IMG/VR virus record: IMGVR_UViG_3300030329_005426
Coordinates: 64,001-128,000 of that record
DNA length: 64,000 nucleotides
Reading direction: 5' to 3' (one strand)
From: a virus
A model generated the notes under the pieces. It worked only from the letters and a program-made list of their open reading frames with translations, made no database searches and had not been told where the DNA came from. A program made the translations under genes and the position numbers. Shown piece by piece: positions 8,883 to 17,496 of this stretch. Position 1 is the stretch's first letter. Every line of letters begins with the position of its first letter.

Positions 8883-9943
8883 TAGTAGTCAGCCGCGTAG
8901 CTGTATGGAGTAAAGGCAACATTCTTAAATGGGACTACTTTCGCAGCCCAAGCCTTCTGACTAGCCAGAACCTTCTTGAACCAAGGATTCTTTGCAGACT
9001 CCTCTTTGAACATCTGGTCAATAGTCTTCAGCTCAGCAACGAGGATATCAGCAGGCGTCTTCATTACCTTAACACCATGCTCTTTTACCATTCGCTTCAG
9101 TGCTTCGCCATTCTTTGCTTGGATGTCAGTCAGCCAATATAGATACGACTCATATGCAGCGGAACGAATAGACGTCTGTTGCTGTTTAGTAAGAGATCGC
9201 CAAACCTTACCGTTAATTAAAAGATCACCAGTATTGCTATGCTCATGCAAGCTATTCAGGTAGTAATATTTCCACATAGTAGGGAAGCCAAGTCTTTCAT
9301 CTTCAAGACCACCCACAAACTCTGCGCAGTTAATAACACCCTTCTGAGCAGCTGCTAGAATTTCACCTCCGGGCATTCCAATAGTTTGCATACCCATTCG
9401 AGCATACAGTTCTACATTAATACCTGTTTGTCGGCATTTAAAATTCTTTAAATCTGCCAGGTTTTTAATAGGCCGTTTGAACCAACCGAGTGGCTGGTTT
9501 TGAGTTGGCATTGCGGGAAACGGAACGACATCGAGCTTCAATACATCTTTATAAAAGGTTCGATATAGTTCCAGGCCTCCGCCATGGAACATCCAGCCTA
9601 GGAAGTCAATTCCGTCCATGCCATATGGACCTCCTAGCGGACTATTGAATAGACCAAGAGTTTTATCCTTGCCTACCCAATAATAACTTTGCGTCCATGC
9701 TGCATCAACAGCGCCAGATGACGTTGCATCAAGCACTTGAAATGCTGGAACTAAAGCACCTGATGGATATACCTTCATATTGACTTTACCGTCAGTAAGA
9801 GTTGATATCCGCTTTGACATGAATTCCATCTGCTCATTAAATGTTGATACAGATGGGAAACTGCTTGCTACTTTAAAAGTCTCGGCTTTAACATTTGTTG
9901 TAGCCATAAAAAAGATCGCGCAAAGCGCCACGAAAAATTTCAT
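8867..9943 (-). CDS. dctP: TRAP transporter substrate-binding protein (TakP/FcbT1-like subfamily)
   Basis: Signal peptide; GALVPAFQVLDA.S.GAVD, YYWVGK, GWFKRPI...DLK..K.R, EFVG...D..LGF. Confidence 0.9.
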   Translation of the reverse strand: MKFFVALCAIFFMATTNVKAETFKVASSFPSVSTFNEQMEFMSKRISTLTDGKVNMKVYPSGALVPAFQVLDATSSGAVDAAWTQSYYWVGKDKTLGLFNSPLGGPYGMDGIDFLGWMFHGGGLELYRTFYKDVLKLDVVPFPAMPTQNQPLGWFKRPIKNLADLKNFKCRQTGINVELYARMGMQTIGMPGGEILAAAQKGVINCAEFVGGLEDERLGFPTMWKYYYLNSLHEHSNTGDLLINGKVWRSLTKQQQTSIRSAAYESYLYWLTDIQAKNGEALKRMVKEHGVKVMKTPADILVAELKTIDQMFKEESAKNPWFKKVLASQKAWAAKVVPFKNVAFTPYSYAADYYWGGK

Positions 9944-9957
9944 CTTTTAACCTCACT

Positions 9958-11340
9958 TCAATTTTTATTTGGTTGTATGGATTTCAGGAAATCTATCTCC
10001 TGTGTATTATATATGACGTCTTTATTATCTTGTTTAAGATAATTAGGGAGCCACGTCGCTGCGCCCGGAACTATGAATAATATAACTACTGCTAGGACCT
10101 GTATCCACATGAATGGGAACATAGCTTTAAAAATCATACCTAAATCCCATTCAGGAACAACCTGCTTCAAATAATAGGATGTTAATGCTACAGGTGGTGT
10201 AAGATAAGCGGTCTGTATAACTATACCTAATGCGGCTCCAAACCATATCAAATCAACTCCTGTAGACATTAACACTGGCATGAAGATTGGCAAGAATACT
10301 AATACTACAACAGGCCATTCAAAAGGCCATCCAAGCAGATGACATAATACCAAAATTGACCCTACAATTGCCCAACCGGGAATTGGTAATCCCTGTAAGG
10401 CAGATGTAATAAGTGTATCTCCTCCCAACCCTGCAAAAATAGCTCCAAAGATTGTAGAGCTAATAGCCAGTAACATAACAACCGCAGATGTGTTAGCTGT
10501 CTTCAATAACGCATCTTGCAAATTATTATAGTTTATTTTACCATGGATCGCTGCTAATGTCAACGCCCCAAATGCACCAAATGCCCCAGCTTCTGTTGAT
10601 GTCGCCAAACCAAATAACATCGATCCAAGAACAGCACTGATAAGAAAGGCAAGAGGTAAGACATCTATTAATACTCTGCCTATTAAACGCCATTCAAATG
10701 GTATATACTCCGGTGCAGGTGCTAATGTAGGGTTGTGCCATACCTTTAATAAGCAGTAGCCTATATACATTGCTGCTATCATTAGGCCTGGAATTAAGCT
10801 TGCTGCATATAGATCTATGATGTTAACATTCATCGTCGGAGCCATGACGATTAAAGGTATAGCTGGTGGAATCATAATAAGTGAGCCACCACCTGCAATT
10901 ACTCCAGCTGATAGCTTAGGATCATATCCGAGCCTCATCATACTAGGAGCAGCCATAATACCTAGCAAGGTTACGGCGGCACCTACAACACCTGTAGCAA
11001 GGCTAACCAGCACAGATACTATAATAACAACTATATAAAGGTTGCCAGGCACGCGAGTAAACAAATTCTTTAGGCTATCAAATAAGCCTTCAACAAGCCC
11101 AGCGCGCTCACATACATAGCCCATAAAAATAAACATCGGAATACTCATCAAGATTTCATCTGATAAGCCGCCCAACAAATTAAAATAGGCTAAATTGAAT
11201 GCTGGTAATGGTCCTAGCCCTATTATTCCAAAAACAAGTGCTAAGAAAATAAGTGTAAAGCTAACCGGAACGCCAACAAAAATACCAGCGATCATGGTCA
11301 ATAGCATTACAAGGGCTAGCCATTCCATTGGCGTATACAC
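9958..11340 (-). CDS. dctM: TRAP transporter large permease
   Basis: About 12 TMs; SIPMFIFMG...ERAG, ATGVVGA, TSTEAGAFGA, QTAYLTPP. Confidence 0.93.
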   Translation of the reverse strand: MYTPMEWLALVMLLTMIAGIFVGVPVSFTLIFLALVFGIIGLGPLPAFNLAYFNLLGGLSDEILMSIPMFIFMGYVCERAGLVEGLFDSLKNLFTRVPGNLYIVVIIVSVLVSLATGVVGAAVTLLGIMAAPSMMRLGYDPKLSAGVIAGGGSLIMIPPAIPLIVMAPTMNVNIIDLYAASLIPGLMIAAMYIGYCLLKVWHNPTLAPAPEYIPFEWRLIGRVLIDVLPLAFLISAVLGSMLFGLATSTEAGAFGAFGALTLAAIHGKINYNNLQDALLKTANTSAVVMLLAISSTIFGAIFAGLGGDTLITSALQGLPIPGWAIVGSILVLCHLLGWPFEWPVVVLVFLPIFMPVLMSTGVDLIWFGAALGIVIQTAYLTPPVALTSYYLKQVVPEWDLGMIFKAMFPFMWIQVLAVVILFIVPGAATWLPNYLKQDNKDVIYNTQEIDFLKSIQPNKN

Positions 11341-11780
11341 TTTTTCAATTCAATCAAACCCTGATATAATAACATAACCAAACCTAGAGTTATGCCGATT
11401 TTCATCGGCCATATTATTAACTGAGCCATCGTTGCACTACTTCGCTCATCGATAATAACACTGCGAAATGTATCGAAGAAGCTAATATATGCTAGCAATA
11501 AGAACGATGGAAAAAATAACAATACGTATGCTATAGCATCGATTTTAGCTTTAGTTCCTGTCGATAATTTATTCCAGTATAGATCGGTGCGTATATGAGA
11601 GCCGGTAGATAATGCATAACTACATCCCCATATGATTAGTATTGTATATAATTGGGGTGCGACATCTACGGCAAAGTCAAAGCGTAAATCAAAGAAATAT
11701 CGCCCTAGTACGTTTGTTACAATCAACAACACGATAATCAATGTAAACCATGAATATATCTTAGCTAACCAATCGCTCAT
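11316..11780 (-). CDS. dctQ: TRAP transporter small permease
   Basis: Four TMs; V.GRYFF, SYAL..GSHIRTD, IWPMK; overlaps dctM. Confidence 0.88.
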   Translation of the reverse strand: MSDWLAKIYSWFTLIIVLLIVTNVLGRYFFDLRFDFAVDVAPQLYTILIIWGCSYALSTGSHIRTDLYWNKLSTGTKAKIDAIAYVLLFFPSFLLLAYISFFDTFRSVIIDERSSATMAQLIIWPMKIGITLGLVMLLYQGLIELKKCIRQWNG

Positions 11781-13245
11781 AATAATCTTTCAAATAATCA
11801 GATGAATCCATGCCGTCTAGGTGATATTTATTTCGATAGCTCTGTGCTCCCATATCTTTCTTGGAGCGATAATGTTTTCTCCATTTTTTATGTAATTCGC
11901 GGGCTTCTATAAGATTCATGGTATCGTGTTTCCAATACATCTCAGGATCAAATCTAAATTCAGTAAACCCATAACGAGCAGGATCCATACTATAATCAGG
12001 ATAATTCGATACTTTCACTAGATCATCTAAGTATGGATACACGTTAAGTGTTCTAAAACGAGCATTTAATATATCTTGTTCAATTGCCCAGCGAAATTGT
12101 CTCTGCTGTGATGTAGCTGTTTCTCCGGGTAAACCAATAATAAAATTACCAACAATAATTATACCCCGATCATTAAATTTAGTCAAGATGTCAATTATCT
12201 TTTCGGGTGATAAGCCTCTTCCTGCTGCCTTGGCAACTTTATGCGTTAAGCTTTCAATACCGACCTGTAATACCTTGAAGCCGCTATCAACCATCATATC
12301 AATAATATCAGGATATTTATTACACAGATCAGTGCGAGCATATGATGTAAACATTGGCTTGAATGGCAAGCTCTTAACAACAGAATAGATGTTCTTGATA
12401 TGTTCGTAATTATCGTTTATGCAATCATCTGTTAATTGAAACTTAGTAACACCAAACCTATTATAATATTCCATAAGCTGATATCGTAGACTCTCCATGT
12501 CTAACTTGACCGATTTACCTTTATCATAATGACAAAACTTACAGTTAAAAGCACATCCCCTACTTGTTTCGAGTGGCAACATCTCATGTGAACCGATAAC
12601 ATCTTTATCTTGGAATGGAGCTAAGGGGATATCATACTTCGGCCACTCAGGATAACGCCCGACATTAATAAATTTATATCCGTTGATATTTTCGTATTCT
12701 ATATCATCCCAATTTTCGATAACATCGGCTACAGCTCGATCACCCCAACCAATTATCCATCTGTCTATATAATCTTTAAGGGCAAATTGATCTGTATCAA
12801 TACCCCTAGCAAGAGTGTATATCTCATTTGTACGAGCACCACCACATATTATTTTAATGTCTGGGCATATTGATTTAATGCGCTCAAAGAATGATATAAT
12901 TTTTTCTGTAGATCCCCAACATAGATTCATACTGGATGATAGATAATTACCTGCTGTATAATTAAATTTCTGATCTTTAACCGACGCAAAGCAGTCACTG
13001 TACGTGTTTTTAATCTGTAACAATTCATCATTGTATAGAAAGGTATTCGATATACAAAGAAATTGTGTATCGTCCGTAACTAACTTTTCAAATACATTGA
13101 AAAAATCGCATTCTACCCTTGTGAAAAAATCAAATACTACTGTATCAAATCCACGTTTTCGAATTTCTTTTACGCATGCATATGAACCTAGATATCTAGT
13201 AAATGCCATGTGCGGTGATTCATTCAAAAAGATGACATCATTCAT
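11761..13245 (-). CDS. B12-binding-type radical SAM protein
   Basis: ETSRGCAFNCKFC (CxxxCxxC), DDCIN, GIESL, NFIIGLPGET. Confidence 0.88.
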   Translation of the reverse strand: MNDVIFLNESPHMAFTRYLGSYACVKEIRKRGFDTVVFDFFTRVECDFFNVFEKLVTDDTQFLCISNTFLYNDELLQIKNTYSDCFASVKDQKFNYTAGNYLSSSMNLCWGSTEKIISFFERIKSICPDIKIICGGARTNEIYTLARGIDTDQFALKDYIDRWIIGWGDRAVADVIENWDDIEYENINGYKFINVGRYPEWPKYDIPLAPFQDKDVIGSHEMLPLETSRGCAFNCKFCHYDKGKSVKLDMESLRYQLMEYYNRFGVTKFQLTDDCINDNYEHIKNIYSVVKSLPFKPMFTSYARTDLCNKYPDIIDMMVDSGFKVLQVGIESLTHKVAKAAGRGLSPEKIIDILTKFNDRGIIIVGNFIIGLPGETATSQQRQFRWAIEQDILNARFRTLNVYPYLDDLVKVSNYPDYSMDPARYGFTEFRFDPEMYWKHDTMNLIEARELHKKWRKHYRSKKDMGAQSYRNKYHLDGMDSSDYLKDYYERLVS

Positions 13246-13255
13246 TCATAACAAC

Positions 13256-13345
13256 CTATGCGATGTATAATATAATGTATATGAAAAGAGCTAAACAACC
13301 AAGACCTAATAGGAGCTTGATAATTTCTTTAGCCCAATGTGACAT
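13256..13345 (-). CDS. 29-aa single-TM microprotein (not in ORF track)
   Basis: MSHWAKEIIKLLLGLGCLALFIYIILYIA; fills the kdsA-radical SAM gap with AGCAGG upstream. Confidence 0.5.
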   Translation of the reverse strand: MSHWAKEIIKLLLGLGCLALFIYIILYIA

Positions 13346-13358
13346 ACTTTACCTGCTT

Positions 13359-14171
13359 TCATTTATAAAAATTAATCTGATGAAGCTTTTTAATATGTCC
13401 TACAACGCGGCTTAAATCATCTAAATGTATCATATTAGGCCCATCAGATGGTGCGTTATCTGGATCTTGGTGTGTCTCCAAGAATATAGTATTTATGCAG
13501 CCAGTTGCCATTGCAGCATTAGCTAAAAGAGGAGCCATGCTCCTATCTCCACCGGAAGCATTGCCACGTCCACCAGGATGCTGGACGCTGTGAGTGCAGT
13601 CGAAACAAACAGGGTAACCATAATCGCTCATCACTTTCAGGCCGCGCATGTCGACCACTAAATTGTTATATCCAAAACTTGAACCACGTTCGGTAAGCAT
13701 TATTTCCGCGCCTCCGGTCGAGAAGTGTTCCATCTTCTTAACGACCTGTTCCATGTCATGAGGTGCTAGAAACTGGCCTTTCTTAATATTTACTGGCTTA
13801 TTTTCCTGTGCAGCAGCTTCTAGTAAATCCGTCTGTCTACATAAGAACGCAGGGATCTGAAGCATTGTTGCGGGGATTACTCCACACTGCCATATTTCAT
13901 GGACATCAGTGACAATATCAAGACCCATCTGAGCATGCTCAGCGAATGCATAAATTGCTTCGTCTATGCCTCTGCCTCGATAGCTATCTACGCTTGTTCT
14001 ATTTGCTTTATCGAACGATGTTTTGTAAGCCCAGTTGACATTATGAATTACCATAATTTCTTCAATCCAGCCTACCATATCATCCATATGTTGCCGTGAT
14101 TCAAATACACAAGGCCCAGCAATAATACTTAACTTATTTTCAATGACTCCGTTATAAAATCTCATATCCAT
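13359..14171 (-). CDS. kdsA: 3-deoxy-8-phosphooctulonate (KDO8P) synthase
   Basis: IAGPCVFES, KTSFDKANRTS, QIPAFLCRQTDLL, KKGQF, ERGSSFGY, THSVQ.PGG, PSDG. Confidence 0.96.
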   Translation of the reverse strand: MDMRFYNGVIENKLSIIAGPCVFESRQHMDDMVGWIEEIMVIHNVNWAYKTSFDKANRTSVDSYRGRGIDEAIYAFAEHAQMGLDIVTDVHEIWQCGVIPATMLQIPAFLCRQTDLLEAAAQENKPVNIKKGQFLAPHDMEQVVKKMEHFSTGGAEIMLTERGSSFGYNNLVVDMRGLKVMSDYGYPVCFDCTHSVQHPGGRGNASGGDRSMAPLLANAAMATGCINTIFLETHQDPDNAPSDGPNMIHLDDLSRVVGHIKKLHQINFYK

Positions 14172-14479
14172 CCCATCATCATTTTTGTTTCCTCCGGCAC
14201 CATATCCATAGTAAATGGTGGATCAAATACTGTGTTAACTATGACACTCATTACTTCAGGCACATAGCCTGCTTTTTGTATATCATTGACAATTTGATCT
14301 GCAAATGGACAGAATGCACTTGTCAATGTATGTGTTATTGTAACTTCATACTCTCTTAAATCGATAGCAATATCATATATTAATCCTAGATCATATACAT
14401 TAATGCCTTCCATCTCTGGATCGAAAACCTCACGCAAATTTGCTATGATATGATCTTTATCAATCACCGGTCTTTCCAT
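14162..14479 (-). CDS. DUF59 / SufT-PaaD-like Fe-S cluster assembly protein
   Basis: LREVFDPE..INVYDLGLIYDI, TLTS.FCP, VFDPPFT.DM. Confidence 0.9.
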   Translation of the reverse strand: MERPVIDKDHIIANLREVFDPEMEGINVYDLGLIYDIAIDLREYEVTITHTLTSAFCPFADQIVNDIQKAGYVPEVMSVIVNTVFDPPFTMDMVPEETKMMMGWI

Positions 14480-14994
14480 TTGTAAAATATATGATCTTCG
14501 ATTCTACCAGTCCGGGTCTTCTTCTTAGCCCAACCTGGCGTCACATAGAAGGCATGGTAAAATACGGCGCCTTCAGTAAAATCAAATATGTGGGTTTCTA
14601 GGAACCAGGATGCCATAGCATAGGCTTCATTAAAAGCTCTTTTATTGCGTGGGTTATCGGATTTACCGTCACACCACCAGCTAAACTGACATCGATTTTT
14701 AATTGGATAGTATGTGCCGTCTTTTTTCCAAGATGCTCTTACAGGCCCTTGCAAGACTACTTCACAAACCGTATTTGGAAAATGAGTATCTTCGACTCTA
14801 TTACGTGTAACGAGAGCTACTGCTACTTGTCCTGCAATGCTCTGATCTCTAGCTTCATGATATATGTTCATCGCTAGACATTGGGTTTCGGTCTTCTGCC
14901 AATCATAAGCATGTGCCCAGCTATGCCAGAACACTACAATAAAAATTATCACGATGGCGTATAATATCTTTTTAAGCATTAGACCCTCTCTCAA
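14464..14994 (-). CDS. SleB-like cell wall hydrolase
   Basis: CLAMNIYHEAR, GQVAVA.V..NRV, CQFSWWCDGK, GAVFYHA, IEDHIFY. Confidence 0.9.
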   Translation of the reverse strand: MREGLMLKKILYAIVIIFIVVFWHSWAHAYDWQKTETQCLAMNIYHEARDQSIAGQVAVALVTRNRVEDTHFPNTVCEVVLQGPVRASWKKDGTYYPIKNRCQFSWWCDGKSDNPRNKRAFNEAYAMASWFLETHIFDFTEGAVFYHAFYVTPGWAKKKTRTGRIEDHIFYKWKDR

Positions 14995-15000
14995 ATTTTA

Positions 15001-15098
15001 GGTGGGGGTTCCTGGAGTCGAACCAGGACTAGGTGTCGCATCACCTCTGTGTCCAATGCGCTGGATAGAACAGTTCGGGAACCATATTATCCACCCCC
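15001..15098 (-). ncRNA. Atypical tRNA-like RNA
   Basis: GGGGGT/ACCCCC acceptor-like stem, perfect T-arm CCTGG-TTCGACT-CCAGG, extra arm AGGTG/CACCT, ends ACC; no canonical anticodon arm. Confidence 0.6.
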
Positions 15099-15107
15099 AT
15101 AATTAAA

Positions 15108-15468
15108 GTGGTAGGTATTCTGTTGCTAGGAACCTACCGAACCCCATGGGAATTACGCCGCTAGTGCGAATTCCTCGGATGCAAAATTATCGTTTGCATT
15201 TAGAGTGTTTGACCTATTACGCGGTCAGCCGTGTTACTCCAATTCGCTATTAACTACCAGTCGATCCTATATCGCCCCCATCAGAAACAGACCAGCTCCA
15301 GACCGCGGTGTGCACACCAAAAGTCAACTGAATTTTATCGGTAGATAATGTGTTGGCTCGAGTTCCTCAATCATCTAGCGCCCAGATATTTACTGATCTG
15401 CTTGTGGTGGAGGCGACGGGAATTGCACCCGTGTCCTGTCTAGCTTTCACTCCTCTTCAACGTAACAA
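15108..15468 (-). ncRNA. ssrA: Circularly permuted (two-piece, alphaproteobacterial-type) tmRNA
   Basis: T-arm and CGCCTCC-ACCA (ending 15405) come before GGGGGCG (starting 15279); G3:U70 pair; tag frame 15197-15153 = ANDNFASEEFALAA*; terminal hairpin GGTAGG...CCTACC. Confidence 0.93.
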
Positions 15469-15475
15469 TATATTT

Positions 15476-15504
15476 ATTATAACTCCTTTGGATTAATTAT
15501 TCAA
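15476..15504 (-). promoter_or_regulatory. sigma70-type promoter of tmRNA, overlapping a late-like AATAAATA
   Basis: TTGAAT-N17-TATAAT. Confidence 0.7.
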
Positions 15505-15518
15505 CACTTTTGTTGACT

Positions 15519-15731
15519 TTAATCTTCTTTTTTCCACATGGTCCAAAGACCCCAAGCGATAGCTGCATACGCAGCCCATTTAGCAAACGGTCCTAAAAAT
15601 AGAACCACTGCACCTACGGCGATAAGCGCAGCTCCATCCCATGAAGTTCGCTCTTTTACTCGATCGGTAATCCATCCCATGATGGTATCCTCCTGTTGTT
15701 TATATTTTTGCACCGTAATCATACCGTGCAA
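15519..15731 (-). CDS. Small membrane protein
   Basis: W..DRVKERTSWDGAALI followed by two TMs; likely start at MGWI. Confidence 0.65.
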   Translation of the reverse strand: MHGMITVQKYKQQEDTIMGWITDRVKERTSWDGAALIAVGAVVLFLGPFAKWAAYAAIAWGLWTMWKKED

Positions 15732-15777
15732 TTATTATTTACCATTCCAAGATCTCTAGAAATACTGTTTTTTTCAT

Positions 15778-15808
15778 AAAAACAGGGGGGCCGAAACCCC
15801 CCTGTTTG
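15778..15808 (-). terminator. Rho-independent terminator
   Basis: AAACAGGGGGGT-TTCG-GCCCCCCTGTTTTT on the - strand after the HTH gene. Confidence 0.85.
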
Positions 15809-15832
15809 TGGTTACCGTAAAGGTTTACGGTG

Positions 15833-16096
15833 TTATGCGGCAGGTGCACCATACGCGTAAAACGCGCGCACCATTTCGCGGGTGGCTTGACCATACCGAT
15901 AACGACTAGCCATCTGACGACCCCGAGAATCCGTTCCACCTTTATTCAGATAGATAGGAAATCCAGATCGACGGACCGAACTAATTACAGCTCGAGCGCC
16001 GTTCCTAGTTGTTCCGAGAGTGTTGGCTAGCTCACCTTCGGTAAGCTCTTTGCCCTGTTTGACCAAAAGGTCAATGGTTTTCTGCACTCGTGACAT
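15833..16096 (-). CDS. Small winged-HTH DNA-binding protein
   Basis: LTEGELANTLG...ARAVISSVRRSGFPIY; GGAGG SD supports a start at MSRV (16096). Confidence 0.7.
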   Translation of the reverse strand: MSRVQKTIDLLVKQGKELTEGELANTLGTTRNGARAVISSVRRSGFPIYLNKGGTDSRGRQMASRYRYGQATREMVRAFYAYGAPAA

Positions 16097-16128
16097 ACAT
16101 ACCTCCGTATTGTTGTGCATAACGAAAT

Positions 16129-16174
16129 GAGGGGCTGACCGTGGCCCCTCGCGGATGTATTTCGGCATCACCCG
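16129..16174 (-). promoter_or_regulatory. Candidate structured leader RNA (two hairpins)
   Basis: CGGGTG/CATCCG and GAGGGGC/GCCCCTC stems; loops carry complementary GCCG/CGGT. Confidence 0.45.
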
Positions 16175-16185
16175 TATACTGAAGC

Positions 16186-17133
16186 CTAGGCGGCTTCAGC
16201 AAACTCTACCGCAGTTTGAAGAGCTGTTTGCTTCTTCTTGCGGTTTTGACCAAACCATGCGGAAGTAACTCGCGCATTGTTGGAACGACCCAACTCATGG
16301 TCTGTTAAGTACGTGACAGTGTTAAAAGCCTGCCAGAAAGAACCACGACCGAACTCAGCACCAGGCTGGGTGTCTAGCACTTCCATAGCCTGCTTTGTCT
16401 GCCGGCTGGTGCGCTCATCAGCATCACGTTTATGTGACATTGAAGGGAATACCGTGTCGAAGTATTCGACGATGCTCTCAGCGGTGTAACGCTTAGCGGC
16501 CAAGAACTGAGCAACCTCTTTATAGGTTTCCATCTTTTCTTTGGCAACACCAAGTGTTTCCTTAACCATATCGGCATCGAATTCCGAGCGATGATTAACT
16601 CGAACCAAACGATCGGAATCAATACCGAGCGCATAATTCAGAGTGTTATTGCATACAACCCGAATATCAGTGCCTTGTACCGTAATACAAGCACCAAACT
16701 TGTGGGGGTTAGCAAAAAGCAGATATGACTCTACTTCATCACCAGGAACGGCTTCGAACACCTGACCTTTAATCTTGGCCAAAGCCCAGATCATCTTCCC
16801 GTCATTCAAGGAACCAGCGGTATGCATTTCCATCTCGCCGGCACCTACGAAATCGTTGAAGAAATCGAAAGCCTGCTCATTCTGAAGAGGATTCCAAGCA
16901 CTGGAAACCACATCCAAAAATTGGCCATCGGAATCACGAACCAAAGCCTCTTTCTTACCGGCTTTAACTCGGCGACCATCGACTTCATAAGTCAGGGGTT
17001 TTTTCGACACAGTCCAATCAAGACCGGCCTTTTCAAGCATCTGAACAGGTGTCAGATCGGAGGGGACTTCCACCCCAAGACCATGCCAAGGAACTTCCCC
17101 TGCATAGGCCATAGTTTCAACAGCAGCTACCAT
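16186..17133 (-). CDS. DUF932-family phage/plasmid protein
   Basis: MAYAGEVPWHGLG, AGLDW.V, TAGSL..GK.IWALA, IRVVCNNTL. Confidence 0.88.
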   Translation of the reverse strand: MVAAVETMAYAGEVPWHGLGVEVPSDLTPVQMLEKAGLDWTVSKKPLTYEVDGRRVKAGKKEALVRDSDGQFLDVVSSAWNPLQNEQAFDFFNDFVGAGEMEMHTAGSLNDGKMIWALAKIKGQVFEAVPGDEVESYLLFANPHKFGACITVQGTDIRVVCNNTLNYALGIDSDRLVRVNHRSEFDADMVKETLGVAKEKMETYKEVAQFLAAKRYTAESIVEYFDTVFPSMSHKRDADERTSRQTKQAMEVLDTQPGAEFGRGSFWQAFNTVTYLTDHELGRSNNARVTSAWFGQNRKKKQTALQTAVEFAEAA

Positions 17134-17176
17134 GATATAATCTCCTTCTCTCTTGCTGTTCTCTTCATTATAATTA

Positions 17177-17205
17177 ATTATAACACAGGTCGTTAATTAA
17201 TACAA
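17177..17205 (-). promoter_or_regulatory. Early sigma70-type promoter
   Basis: GTTGTAT-N17-TATAAT followed by a second TATAAT. Confidence 0.75.
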
Positions 17206-17238
17206 CCGGTTTTTTCATTATTTTGAGATTTTTTTTGG

Positions 17239-17433
17239 TTATCTGCCAACTAAATTATGACAGACACTCTGAGCACGGTTCTGTTCATCGATATACCAAG
17301 CTTCCAGGCCGGCAAGGAATCCGTTGATATCATCAAGTGGGATATCTGCGATATTATCCGCGTCTGACACACTTAGGATGTAATTCGCCTGCGAGGCAGG
17401 AATTTCTTCGTATGAATCAAATGGACCGAACAT
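17239..17433 (-). CDS. Hypothetical early protein
   Basis: GAGAGGAG SD; has its own promoter. Confidence 0.55.
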   Translation of the reverse strand: MFGPFDSYEEIPASQANYILSVSDADNIADIPLDDINGFLAGLEAWYIDEQNRAQSVCHNLVGR

Positions 17434-17456
17434 GTTGCTCTCCTCTCATTATTATA

Positions 17457-17485
17457 ATTTTATCATAATTCGAAAATTAATGCAA
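17457..17485 (-). promoter_or_regulatory. Early sigma70-type promoter
   Basis: GTTGCAT-N17-TAAAAT. Confidence 0.6.
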
Positions 17486-17496
17486 CCCCTAAATTG

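Noticed and set aside
8867-14479. Host chromosomal DNA or a prophage boundary
   Set aside because: Same strand, tight phage-like packing, phage genes on both sides, no integrase or att site seen. A chimera cannot be fully excluded without reads.
15001-15098. Reading the tRNA-like element as an amber suppressor (loop TT-CTA-TC) and the genome as TAG-recoded
   Set aside because: Only a 3-bp stem and a pyrimidine at position 37. Core genes are uninterrupted in the standard code and several end at TAG (e.g. 16186, 17497, 19070).
15739-15939. 66-aa ORF
   Set aside because: Overlaps the HTH gene out of frame and crosses its terminator.
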